This document shows, piece by piece, positions 27,395 through 36,980 of a stretch of 64,000 bases of DNA. The position numbers and the translations under genes are program-made. The DNA comes from an uncultured Gammaproteobacteria bacterium (lineage in GTDB: Bacteria; Patescibacteriota; Microgenomatia; 0-14-0-10-38-17). A model generated the notes under the pieces. That model searched no databases and had not been told where the DNA came from. It was given only the letters and a program-made list of their open reading frames with translations. The stretch is from assembly GCA_964348895.1 (NCBI GenBank), contig CAYGEH010000001.1, forward strand, positions 453,586-517,585. The letters are read 5' to 3'. Within the stretch, counting starts at the first letter, position 1. Each line of letters opens with the position of its first letter.

Positions 27395-30300
27395 CTTCCA
27401 CCTCTGGTTTTAATGTCGGCGATACCATTGTTATTCGCGATAACAACTCGGTAGCGATAACTAGATTGGTTGCTGCGATTGAAAATGCTACCCAGATTAG
27501 GGTAACAGCCGCGTTGGTTGCTGGCTATACGATAGATCAGAGTGCTTTTGTTGCCAAGGGCCCAACCACAGAATTACCTACTGGTGCTGATCGTCGAGCC
27601 GGAGTTTATACTATGACCGGCTTAATTGGAACAACACAAACCAACTTTCGGGTTGGTCGAGTAAGCTTGTATGGTCAGGGTTCAGATAGTTTTAGGACAA
27701 TGAAAAGTAATTTAGCAGTTGATGTTGAGGGTGATATTAATACTGGTTTCTTGGGAAACAATCTAACTGACTCTGGTAACACTTGGGTTGATGTTAAAGA
27801 CAATGTGGTGGGGAATTGGCAACCCCTAGATAGCATTGCTGTAGGTGGTGCCACTAATCAACTAGCGGACAACGAATTTTCTTCGATGAGAATGGGGGGA
27901 ACAGATGATGCTAACCAAATGCCAGTTTGGACTGGTCTTTTAACTGCTGGAGGCAGAAACGCCCTGCCAACCCCCAACATGGAGGTGGCAGAAATTGGAA
28001 CAATTCCCCTAACCGATATTTATAATAGTAATTTTAATGCTGGTTCGTCACTTTTTTCTTCTAATTACAACAATTCTAGTGTCTGGACGATTTTTGGCGA
28101 TGGTGCTAATAACGAAGTTAGCGATATGGTTTATTTTGGTGATCGGGGAAACAACATGTTTTATTCTTTAGAATTTAATCTTGGTATAACCATGGTGGCC
28201 AACGCTTCTTATGTTTGGGAATTTTGGAACGGAAGCGCTTGGCAAGGATTTACTCCTCGAGATGCTTATAGATATGAACCAAGAACGGACTACTGCATGC
28301 CACTTTCTGCTAATACAATTAGAAATTCTTTTACTCTGACTGTTCCCGAAGGTGGCACAAATTTTGGCTTAGATCAAATTGTGGCTATTAGCGACAATGA
28401 TTCGCCGAGAATTTTTCGAAGATTGGGAACTAGCGCTCCTTCTTCCACCACTTTGACTTTTTCTGAACCCCTGCCGGCTGGTTATGACACTGCTCAAGGT
28501 GCTCGAGTTTGTCGTTTAAGTGGCGGTCGCTGGATCGCCTTTGATCCAGCGAATATTTTTACAGCCAACACTGGTCGAAGAATTTTGAGTTGGACGCCAT
28601 CAAATTTGGGTAACGCGCCAGCTAGAACAACAGTTAATGGTGTGAACGCTTTTTGGGTAAGAGCGAGAATATCTACCCTTACTTCTTGGGAAGTCAATCC
28701 GGCTAATCAAACCACTCCAGTTAGCATGAGTGGATTAGAAAGAATTTCTTCTGGAGCTATTACGATGAGCTCTGGAGTACAAGAAGCTAAAATTACCGAA
28801 ATCACCCCTGGTTCGCTTTATAATCCCAACGAACAGTGGACCCTGGAATATGGCAATTCACCGGGATGGATAGAAACTATTCGTGGGGCTGCGGTTGGAC
28901 CACTTTCAGCCCCCTACCTTCATCGTGTTTCTGGAGGAGTTCTTAATTTTAGTCCTACCAACGTTCAAAACTGGTCAGTTCACAATAGCAATGTCCCTTT
29001 GGGCACAACAGACTATACAATGAGTGCTTTGGTTAGAATGGATATGCCAGCAGACGCCACTAGTCGTCGCTTAGGGCTTTTAATGCGTCAAAGCCTAGAC
29101 GGTGATGGCTATGCTGCTTTAATTACAAAAACTGCTTCTGTTAACACCGTTCAGTGGTGGACAACGTTAGCTGGTGTTCCCACCGCCATTGGTTCAGCAA
29201 CTTCTAAAACCTTTGATGTTGACACTTGGTATTGTTTAAAGGCAGAGGTTATCGGAACAACATTAAGAGCTAAATTTTGGGCAACAACGGATTGTGCTGT
29301 TGGAGAGCCAGGACCCTGGGATGTAACCGTTATCAATACTACTTATACTAATGGTCGAATTGGCCTTTATACTGGTTCGGCGACAGCCTCTCAGGGGGCA
29401 AGGGCAATGTTTGATCAGGTTTCTGTTATTGGCGGGGCTAATTTTTCTGATAACTTTAGTGATACTCAAACTTGGAGGGTAGAGGGTTCTATCCAGGGTT
29501 TAATTGGTGCAGCCACTCCGGGGACACCGTTTGCCAGCAATTTTATTAATTTTACTATAAAACATAGGGGCGGCTGGAATGGAGTGGTCAGCCCAGAAAT
29601 TGGCGATAAGATTTATTTAACTTCAACCGCTATTCGTAGTTATAGAGGACTAGATCCTTCGGTGCCGATTGTCACCAATAACAATAACACTAAATATGAG
29701 GTTTGGGATTTTGAATGGACTGGTTCGGCTTATGCGGTTACAGGGAGTGCTTCTGGCGCAGCAGGGACAGCTATCCCAGGCTTGACTTACACTGCTCCCA
29801 ACAATCAAATTTCTTTAAGAATAAACCCAGGAGCCCCCACGGCAACAAGGTTTGGCAACAGAATGCTTTTATTACAAGACAACCTTTTGCGCAGCAATGG
29901 CTCTTGGACTGGAGTAAATGGGATAGGAAGTGCGGCCTTGTTTTACCCTAGTTATACTTTAACAGGCAGTCCGGTTGCTACCCGCTACAACATTGAGGGA
30001 CAGAGTGGTACAGCCAATGCTCGACAACGAGGCACGATTGATTTTTGGTTTAAAACTAACTACGAGGGTAGCCCTTCTTCTGTAACTAATTCAGAAGGAA
30101 TGTATTTAATTGATTATGCTAATCAGGGTAACACTGACCGCCTGTTTGTTAGACACACCTCCGAAGGCTTTTTAGAAGCATCAATTTGGGCAGGTGCCAC
30201 TCAGGGACCGATTTTACGACAAAGCTTTTCTGCTGAGGCTGGTCGCTGGTATCATTTTCGCTTAGTGTGGTCCGAAGACGCCACTCCAACAATCCACAGA

Positions 30301-33300
30301 AGAGCTTGGCTTGATGGAACACCCTTTTCTATAAACCAAGGAAGCTCTCTTGCGGCGCGTGGTATTAATGCAGGGTTAATAAGAATAGGCAATAACTGGA
30401 CTTATAATGCGGCTTTTGATGGCGCCATTGACGAATTGGCTATTTTTGATGAAGATCTTGACACTTCTGGCGCTTGTAACTGGGGATCGTTTACTGTTCC
30501 TGCTTCGCCCTGGCTTGGGGCTGAAACCATTGGCTGTGCTGCCGACAGAAGCGGAATTAATATTTTTCGGGCTAGTTTTGATTCTGCCATGAACCCGCAG
30601 GAAGGGTTTATTTGGGCCGACTATGCATATGGGAACCCAGCTGTGATTTTTACCAATGGTGCAGATACAGGAAACGAGAGATTTAGAATAATTACTTATC
30701 CCGAAAGAACCCGTGTTTGGATAGATAATACTGGTGAAAAGTATACGCCTTCAGCCAGAATTAAATATGGTTCTGGTCATCTTGAAAACAATGCCCTGAC
30801 AACATTAGCTGGCTGGTCTCATAATTTTACTTTCCACCACAAGGCGGCCCGTGATTCAGAAACTAATCCGACTCATTCGCCAGTTTTAAATTTGAGGCGT
30901 AGTATTCATATTTGGTCTGAGGAAAACTTTACTTATACTGGGGCTACGACTGGTGCGCCGATCAATTCTGGTTTAGGTTTTGGTTTAACCGCAGTCGGTC
31001 TTTCTGGTTTGGCCAACATGAACATTAGCCATTTGTCGATGGAGAATCAGTTTAGTAATTTTTCCATTATGACGAACCCCTTTACTTCGATCAGACCATT
31101 TCCCAGCCAAGTTATATCTAAATCAGTTTTTTACAATTACTTTGATCGGGCTTACACGGTTTCTGCCAAAACCCAGGGTTCTAATTATGTTGGTGCCTAT
31201 TTTGTGACGACTAACTTTGCTGCAGCCAACATTGGTACAGGTTATAATGCTTCCGCCTCGCAAAACGTTGGCATTGATGGGAGTATTTTTATGGGTCACC
31301 GAAACAGTTTTGTCACTGTGCCCCCAGCAGCGGCAAATGGTGCGGCAGCGTTTTTCTCTGGCCGTCTTTACACTATTCGTAATAGCGAATTTCATAATAA
31401 TGGTATTTCTGGTTCAGGCACCACAGGGGCACTGAACTTCAGTGCTGGTGTAGCGAAATTGACCATTGAAAATAACATTTTTTCTATCAATACCAATGGA
31501 GTTCGGCTTTATGGTAATTCTTTTGTTGATCTTGCCAATAATGTCTTTGACGGTCATGTTTCTGACGATGTAATCACTGTTGCTGGTGGATATGGTTCTG
31601 GTATCCGTTCCGCCCAATCTTTCTCCTCGGTGTTTGTTAGAGACACTGGGAGTGTTTTGGGTCGAGGATTATGGAATGAGGCTGATATTAATTTACCTCC
31701 TAATACCGCCACTTTTGAGGCAGAATCAATGTTGCAGTTTATTGGTGAGGGCACATCTTTGTTTAGTCCGATTTTGTTTGGAACAGTGGATTATTTGAAT
31801 ATGGGACGAGTGCCAGAAGAATATTTTCACACGACAATTCCAGGAACAGAGATTCGGCTTGGTTCTGGCAAAGATATTGTTAATTTGACGACTTTCGGCA
31901 ACATGCGCACCACTGGCGGAGGCTTATCGGACACAACTGTTCGCACAAGTGGTGGTTATGCTTGGCGACTAGACCCTCGAAGTTCTGATGTTGCCCTAGA
32001 TTATACCGCTAAAGTAGTAGGCGTAGCTGGAAAGCCCCTGGCTGTTACTGGCTATTTACGAATTAACGAGGACTATGGATCTTCTGGTTTACCAACAGTA
32101 ACGCTTTCTGGATTGGGAATGGCAGGGCCAAATTTGACTTGGACGGCCCAAGCTTCTTCTAATGTTTGGCAGCAATTTGTGGTTTCTGGTACGCCAACAG
32201 AATCAGCCCTAGCCGAAGTGAAAATAAGCGTTAGTCTCGAGGGTGTGGTGGTGGCCGATTCTGGTACAAGTCAAATTATTGCTAATCCGATAGGTAATTA
32301 TTTGCCAGCCTTAGTTGAAGATGTTAATAAATCTTGGAGACCAAACCAGTGGGTTGGATTTTTAATGAGAGACAGCAACGGTAAGATTTTTGAAATTGTT
32401 AGAAACACCGGTCAGCTTTTGTATGTGAAGGGGATTGTAGCACCACACCTTTTAAGTACTACTTTTACTGCGGCAACTCCGGGAGACTATATTATTTTTC
32501 GTCAACCAATGGTTTATTTAGACGATGTTTCAGTTTTGTCTGGAACGGTTGACACAGGCACCCTAGACTTACATATTGCTGGTCAACCGGTTTCACCTTG
32601 GCTTGCGACTGGTCTGACTGCCGAATCAGTTTGGAGTGCTCAATATGGTGTTTTTGCTGATATTACTGGCTCTTTTGGTCAACTTATGCAAGATGCCCTG
32701 GTTGCTCGGTATGCCAATGTGCTTGATCCCTCGCCAACCACAATTTCTTTTAACACCAACTTAACGGCCTCTGCTGATGATTTTTATAATGAAGGAGTAA
32801 TTATATTCACTGAAGGTCAAAACAGGGGAGTGGTAAGGCGCATTTCTGCTTACGGTGGTGCCAGTAAAACCATTACCATTGCTCCGCCTCTTCCTTTTGC
32901 TCCGAAAAATGGGGACAGATTTGCCGTTTTGGCCGCAACTAGCTTTTCGGCCGGTGGTACTGGTGGGGCCAGTGCGGCGGAAATTTGGAACTATGCTGTT
33001 AGATCTCTAACGGACGCCACCCTAAACTCTGGCAGTTTAGCAACGAGTTTTGACATAGCAGCGATTCAATCTAGTCTAACTACAATTTTGTCCCAAACCA
33101 ATAACATTGTGGCAATAAAAACAAAAACAGACACGATTAATTGGGCCGACATAATCGGACTTATAACTACCACAGGTCAAATTAGGGCCAAGACCGACAC
33201 AATAAATTGGAGCGACATTTCCGCTGTTAAAACCAGAACTGACACAATAAACTGGAACGATGTTACTGGTATCAAATTAAACACAGACACAATTGTTTGG

Positions 33301-36300
33301 GGAGATATTACAGCAATCAGAAATAATGTTGCCACTCTAATTAGCGAAATAGGTGTTGGCAATATTGCAGCAATCAGAACCAAAGCCGAGACCATTTCTT
33401 GGGGAGATATTACTGGGCTAGTAACGACATCAGGGCAAATTAAAGAGAAAACTGACACCATTAATTGGGCAAATGTGGTAGCAATAAAAACAAAAACAGA
33501 CACGATCGCTTGGGATGATGTTACTGGTATTAAGGTTAAGACAGACACGATCGCTTGGGGCGATATTGGTGTTTTACAATCTTCAATAAATTCTTTAAAT
33601 AATATTTCTGCCACTGACATTTGGGCTTATGCGACAAGAACCATAACTGGCGAAGTGGTGCTAACCGCGGATTCAAGACGAGCTATTTGGGACACAGCCT
33701 GTGCCATTCTGAATACCTCTGGTAGTGTTGGAAAACAAGTTTGTGACAATCTTGACACAACTATTTCTTCTCGCTCAACTTTAACCGCGGCCCAAGTTTG
33801 GGCTGAGGCAACCAGAACTATCACTGCCCTAGAAAGCCCAGCCCTAGCTGCAATTGCTAACAATGTTTGGAGTAACGCCACAAGAGCTCTGACTTATTAT
33901 GGCAACGATATAACAGCCCAGCAGGTTTGGAGTGTTTTGACTTCTTCTTTAACAACGATTGACTCTATTGGTAAGCTTTTGGTAACCAATGTTGACGAGA
34001 CGATCTCTTCTCGTTCCAGCCAGGAAAGCTTGGATGTTTTATCAGAAAATGTTGCAACCACCTCTGCTTTAATTGATGCTCCAATATCTTCTCGAGCCGC
34101 TCAGTCGAGCTTGGACGACCATGAAGCGGCAGAGTCAGCTTTTAGAACTCAAACGACCAATACCTTAGGATCAATGACCATTAATATTGCCGCTATCTTG
34201 ACCCAGCTTTCAAATATTGAAACTAAAATTAATACAATTCAATCAACTTTAGCCGTTATGGACGGCAAGTTAAACATTATTGACGCCAATGTAACTAGCG
34301 TCAAAACAACGATTGAAGACACTAATATTAAGGTTACGGCGATGCAAACGGTAACCAACAATATTTTAGCTAAGTGGGGAAGCTATAACGCAACAACGAT
34401 TCTTGGCTATGTTGATGCTTTAGAGGCCAACTTGGGGGATCCCAATGACCCAACGTCTTCGGCCACGGTTTTTGGCAAACTTAATTATCTTAAACAAAGT
34501 GGTGCTGGTGGCGGCGCTGGTGGCGGTGGCGGCGGCATGATCGATTTAGTTTATGCTCAAGCCCAGTCAACCCACACTAAACTTTTAGAGGTTCAAACAG
34601 AGCTTGGATTCAATGGTAAATCCACAAACGCCTATGATGAAATGATTGCTGTTAAGGGTTATGTTAATGAGATTGAACTATCCTTGTCGACACTAGATTT
34701 AAATACTTCCGCAATTACCGCTTCTGTTACTAATGTTTCTAACGACCTAAGAGCTGTTACTAATAAAATTGGCAAGGTTAATGTTGACTCTCTCGCCCCT
34801 CTTTTTGAGGTGCAAAGAATGGACATTGACTATTTGAAAACTAAAATGGTTGAACTAAAAACAGTTGCGGACATTAATCGTCAGCTTTTGGAAAAAACAG
34901 TTAATCAGCCGATTGTTAAGGTGATTATGGAATGGGGGTCGGTAATTATTAAGTTTGTCATCGTTAACCCTTCGGACTCAGTTACCCAAACAATTCCGTT
35001 TAAGGCCTTTTTACCCAAAGAAGTCAGACAAGAGTACATTATAGACCTTGGTGGGTTGATGCTCAACTATGATGCGACAACAGAACAGTATTATGTAACA
35101 GCAGAAATTACTCTAGAAAAGGGCGAATCAGTTATTAGAAGTGTGAAAATTAAAGACATTTGGGTTATTTCTGAAGATGAAATTGCCTCTTTGCGTCAAC
35201 AGGCGGAAGATCTATATGAAGGATTAAAAAAGACCCCCTATAGCGCTCAGGCCTTGATTTTAAGAACTGATATTAACACCAGATTGGACAGAGTCGTTAG
35301 AAAACAGAAAGATGGCAGATCTACTCCACAGGAGCATATTTTGGCTTATCGAGAAAACGCTGAAGATATGAAAGCAATTAATGAAAACATTAAGGGTCTT
35401 AAGGATTTGGTTTTAACCTCTGGGGTTGGGAGTAACTTTTTGGCCTCAATTGGTGGTATTCAAACATTTGCGACATGGGGTATTGTTTTAGTTTTAATTT
35501 TTGGTATGGGAACTTTAGGAATGTTTTATTATCAATTGTGGCGAAGAAAGGTAGTTACTGTGAGTAGCGAAACTAGAAAAAAAACAAAAAAAATAGAAAT
35601 ATCAACACCATCGCCATTTATGCTTCCTGGATTTGACTTAGCTTGGTTGAAAAAAATTCTTTTCGGTTGGTTAATTTTAATAAGAGATATTTTTGCCAAT
35701 TTGATTCGACTGATCAAGCTCTTTAATTTTCAAACAAAATCAACGACCACCAAAGCAAAAATAACACAGAAAACACTAATTGTTTTTTTAATGATGGGGG
35801 GAACTGTGGTTGCAATTATCAGCGGAATAGTGGTAACGCGAAACTTTTTGAAAAAAAATCAAGACCAGAACACAGAGACAAGGGTGACGACTTCGATGCC
35901 TAATTCAACCTTAGTTGCCACCAGAGAGGAAAGAGTCGAAGTCCTAGTTGCGGAAATGATCGAAAGGGCAACTGAAAAAAAAGAAACCCACGAAAGGATT
36001 GAGGAGCTGACAAAAGAGTCAGAAGAGGAAGGAGTTTTGAGGGCTACTTTTGAATATCAACAATTACTGGTAATTAAGCAAACACCGAACGGTTGGGTTG
36101 ATGTTCGACAAGAACCCTCTTTGTCAGCAGAAATAATTACCAAGGTTTATCCTGGGGAAAGTTATCCTTTCTCTGAAACAGAAGGAGAATGGTATAAGAT
36201 ACTACTCAAAGACTTGACTGAGGGATGGATTCCGGCCAAGTTTGTAAAACCGGAAGAGAAAATAACAAATGCTGTTGGCGATATCTTTGTGGAAATTATT

Positions 36301-36486
36301 CCTCCGGAAGGAGGCGGAGTTAATATTCGCCAGTCGGCTGATAAGGAAAGCAAAATTATTAAGACTGTTTATGTCAAGAACAAATATCTCAAGCTGGGAG
36401 AAGAGGGTGATTGGATAAAAATTGAGCTATTAGGTGGAAAGGCAGGCTTTGTTTTTAAAGAATTTATTCAAACGATAAGCGAATAA
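27265..36486 (+). CDS. Giant surface protein, main ORF (frame B, 3,073 aa from an in-frame TTG; the frame is open from 27127). Contains lectin-like jelly-roll domains, a parallel beta-helix, tandem repeats, coiled-coil-like sequence, poly-Gly, TM helices and two SH3b domains
   Basis: DUF1080/ConA-like region at about 28.9-29.4 kb ('YTMSALVRMD...GYAALI...DTWYCLKAEVIGTTLRAKFW...GRIGLYTG'). LamG-like region at about 29.97-30.45 kb ('GTIDFWFKT...RWYHFRLVW...FDGAIDELAIFDEDL'). Parallel beta-helix at about 31.37-31.68 kb ('LTIENNIFSINTNGVRLYGNSFVDLANNVFDG'). A 15-aa repeat array at 33.11-33.58 kb, poly-Gly at 34498-34536, TM helices at ~35.45 kb and ~35.8 kb, and two SH3b-like domains at 36.08-36.47 kb. 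Confidence 0.7.
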   Translation: MAFGKQGAAIPDSSFQNIYFDNVSPAVSTTLTTNSDTGTVLTVTSTSGFNVGDTIVIRDNNSVAITRLVAAIENATQIRVTAALVAGYTIDQSAFVAKGPTTELPTGADRRAGVYTMTGLIGTTQTNFRVGRVSLYGQGSDSFRTMKSNLAVDVEGDINTGFLGNNLTDSGNTWVDVKDNVVGNWQPLDSIAVGGATNQLADNEFSSMRMGGTDDANQMPVWTGLLTAGGRNALPTPNMEVAEIGTIPLTDIYNSNFNAGSSLFSSNYNNSSVWTIFGDGANNEVSDMVYFGDRGNNMFYSLEFNLGITMVANASYVWEFWNGSAWQGFTPRDAYRYEPRTDYCMPLSANTIRNSFTLTVPEGGTNFGLDQIVAISDNDSPRIFRRLGTSAPSSTTLTFSEPLPAGYDTAQGARVCRLSGGRWIAFDPANIFTANTGRRILSWTPSNLGNAPARTTVNGVNAFWVRARISTLTSWEVNPANQTTPVSMSGLERISSGAITMSSGVQEAKITEITPGSLYNPNEQWTLEYGNSPGWIETIRGAAVGPLSAPYLHRVSGGVLNFSPTNVQNWSVHNSNVPLGTTDYTMSALVRMDMPADATSRRLGLLMRQSLDGDGYAALITKTASVNTVQWWTTLAGVPTAIGSATSKTFDVDTWYCLKAEVIGTTLRAKFWATTDCAVGEPGPWDVTVINTTYTNGRIGLYTGSATASQGARAMFDQVSVIGGANFSDNFSDTQTWRVEGSIQGLIGAATPGTPFASNFINFTIKHRGGWNGVVSPEIGDKIYLTSTAIRSYRGLDPSVPIVTNNNNTKYEVWDFEWTGSAYAVTGSASGAAGTAIPGLTYTAPNNQISLRINPGAPTATRFGNRMLLLQDNLLRSNGSWTGVNGIGSAALFYPSYTLTGSPVATRYNIEGQSGTANARQRGTIDFWFKTNYEGSPSSVTNSEGMYLIDYANQGNTDRLFVRHTSEGFLEASIWAGATQGPILRQSFSAEAGRWYHFRLVWSEDATPTIHRRAWLDGTPFSINQGSSLAARGINAGLIRIGNNWTYNAAFDGAIDELAIFDEDLDTSGACNWGSFTVPASPWLGAETIGCAADRSGINIFRASFDSAMNPQEGFIWADYAYGNPAVIFTNGADTGNERFRIITYPERTRVWIDNTGEKYTPSARIKYGSGHLENNALTTLAGWSHNFTFHHKAARDSETNPTHSPVLNLRRSIHIWSEENFTYTGATTGAPINSGLGFGLTAVGLSGLANMNISHLSMENQFSNFSIMTNPFTSIRPFPSQVISKSVFYNYFDRAYTVSAKTQGSNYVGAYFVTTNFAAANIGTGYNASASQNVGIDGSIFMGHRNSFVTVPPAAANGAAAFFSGRLYTIRNSEFHNNGISGSGTTGALNFSAGVAKLTIENNIFSINTNGVRLYGNSFVDLANNVFDGHVSDDVITVAGGYGSGIRSAQSFSSVFVRDTGSVLGRGLWNEADINLPPNTATFEAESMLQFIGEGTSLFSPILFGTVDYLNMGRVPEEYFHTTIPGTEIRLGSGKDIVNLTTFGNMRTTGGGLSDTTVRTSGGYAWRLDPRSSDVALDYTAKVVGVAGKPLAVTGYLRINEDYGSSGLPTVTLSGLGMAGPNLTWTAQASSNVWQQFVVSGTPTESALAEVKISVSLEGVVVADSGTSQIIANPIGNYLPALVEDVNKSWRPNQWVGFLMRDSNGKIFEIVRNTGQLLYVKGIVAPHLLSTTFTAATPGDYIIFRQPMVYLDDVSVLSGTVDTGTLDLHIAGQPVSPWLATGLTAESVWSAQYGVFADITGSFGQLMQDALVARYANVLDPSPTTISFNTNLTASADDFYNEGVIIFTEGQNRGVVRRISAYGGASKTITIAPPLPFAPKNGDRFAVLAATSFSAGGTGGASAAEIWNYAVRSLTDATLNSGSLATSFDIAAIQSSLTTILSQTNNIVAIKTKTDTINWADIIGLITTTGQIRAKTDTINWSDISAVKTRTDTINWNDVTGIKLNTDTIVWGDITAIRNNVATLISEIGVGNIAAIRTKAETISWGDITGLVTTSGQIKEKTDTINWANVVAIKTKTDTIAWDDVTGIKVKTDTIAWGDIGVLQSSINSLNNISATDIWAYATRTITGEVVLTADSRRAIWDTACAILNTSGSVGKQVCDNLDTTISSRSTLTAAQVWAEATRTITALESPALAAIANNVWSNATRALTYYGNDITAQQVWSVLTSSLTTIDSIGKLLVTNVDETISSRSSQESLDVLSENVATTSALIDAPISSRAAQSSLDDHEAAESAFRTQTTNTLGSMTINIAAILTQLSNIETKINTIQSTLAVMDGKLNIIDANVTSVKTTIEDTNIKVTAMQTVTNNILAKWGSYNATTILGYVDALEANLGDPNDPTSSATVFGKLNYLKQSGAGGGAGGGGGGMIDLVYAQAQSTHTKLLEVQTELGFNGKSTNAYDEMIAVKGYVNEIELSLSTLDLNTSAITASVTNVSNDLRAVTNKIGKVNVDSLAPLFEVQRMDIDYLKTKMVELKTVADINRQLLEKTVNQPIVKVIMEWGSVIIKFVIVNPSDSVTQTIPFKAFLPKEVRQEYIIDLGGLMLNYDATTEQYYVTAEITLEKGESVIRSVKIKDIWVISEDEIASLRQQAEDLYEGLKKTPYSAQALILRTDINTRLDRVVRKQKDGRSTPQEHILAYRENAEDMKAINENIKGLKDLVLTSGVGSNFLASIGGIQTFATWGIVLVLIFGMGTLGMFYYQLWRRKVVTVSSETRKKTKKIEISTPSPFMLPGFDLAWLKKILFGWLILIRDIFANLIRLIKLFNFQTKSTTTKAKITQKTLIVFLMMGGTVVAIISGIVVTRNFLKKNQDQNTETRVTTSMPNSTLVATREERVEVLVAEMIERATEKKETHERIEELTKESEEEGVLRATFEYQQLLVIKQTPNGWVDVRQEPSLSAEIITKVYPGESYPFSETEGEWYKILLKDLTEGWIPAKFVKPEEKITNAVGDIFVEIIPPEGGGVNIRQSADKESKIIKTVYVKNKYLKLGEEGDWIKIELLGGKAGFVFKEFIQTISE
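33112..33580 (+). repeat. In-frame tandem repeat array (about 9 copies of a ~45-nt / 15-aa unit 'KTDTINWxDVTGIKx', with occasional longer spacers)
   Basis: 'gcaataaaaacaaaaacagacacgat' recurs at 33112 and 33481, and 'acagacacgatcgcttgggg' at 33497 and 33541. Protein: KTDTINWADI.../KTDTINWSDISAVKT/RTDTINWNDVTGIKL/NTDTIVWGDITAIR.../KTDTINWANVVAIKT/KTDTIAWDDVTGIKV/KTDTIAWGDIGVL. Confidence 0.8.
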
Positions 36487-36980
36487 ACAACCTGGTTATA
36501 TAAGAAATGAACAAACATCGCCAAAAAGGTTGCTGGAAAGACTAACTGCTGGTTTTGTCGACTAGGCAGAAAAATAATTAATCCTGTTAAGGCATGTAGG
36601 GTTGTAGTCAAAATAAATCTTTGCCAAAAACTGTAAAGAATGCCGTCAGCAATGAAGTTTGTCAGATAAAACATGTTCTCAGAAAAAGCAAAGAGAAACA
36701 ACATCATTAATGTTATCTTTAATTGATTTTTTCTTGAGGAAAACTTGAGAATTTGTAAAATAAGGATTGCTTTAACAATTTCTTCAATTATAAAAAAATG
36801 AGAAACAACTCTTCCCAGAGGAATAAGAACAAGGGGTAGGACTAGAGCTATAAGGCAAACTAAAAAGAGAACTGACGATTCATGGTTTTCTTTCTCCATG
36901 AATTTAATATACCAAAAATAAACAAATAATTTTTCAAAATAAGCGTTTTGTTCGTCTTTGTTTTTTGTAATTATACTCAT
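36468..36980 (-). CDS. CPBP/PrsW-superfamily intramembrane metalloprotease-like membrane protein (CAAX-protease/Abi-like)
   Basis: 170 aa, 4-5 TM, with a motif-1-like 'IIEEIVKAIL', 'TTLHALTG' and 'FVHFLYNQ' (HxxxN). Convergent with the giant gene, overlapping its end by 19 nt. Confidence 0.4.
   Translation of the reverse strand: MSIITKNKDEQNAYFEKLFVYFWYIKFMEKENHESSVLFLVCLIALVLPLVLIPLGRVVSHFFIIEEIVKAILILQILKFSSRKNQLKITLMMLFLFAFSENMFYLTNFIADGILYSFWQRFILTTTLHALTGLIIFLPSRQNQQLVFPATFLAMFVHFLYNQVVYSLIV

Noticed and set aside
33112-33580. Possible CRISPR array
   Set aside because: The repeats are in frame within a long ORF, units are separated by 0-30 nt rather than by uniform unique spacers, and no cas genes are nearby. 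It is a coding tandem repeat.
33177-33881. Two minus-strand ORFs (147 aa and 84 aa) inside the giant gene
   Set aside because: They are artifacts of the in-frame tandem repeat array, which opens the opposite strand periodically. Their highly repetitive 'IVSVL/VTSS' translations mirror the repeat.
24575-36486. Diversity-generating retroelement (DGR) target
   Set aside because: I looked for a reverse-transcriptase ORF (YxDD motif) and for a near-identical TR/VR pair differing at adenines. Neither is present in the window. The ConA-like domains resemble DGR-target folds only superficially.
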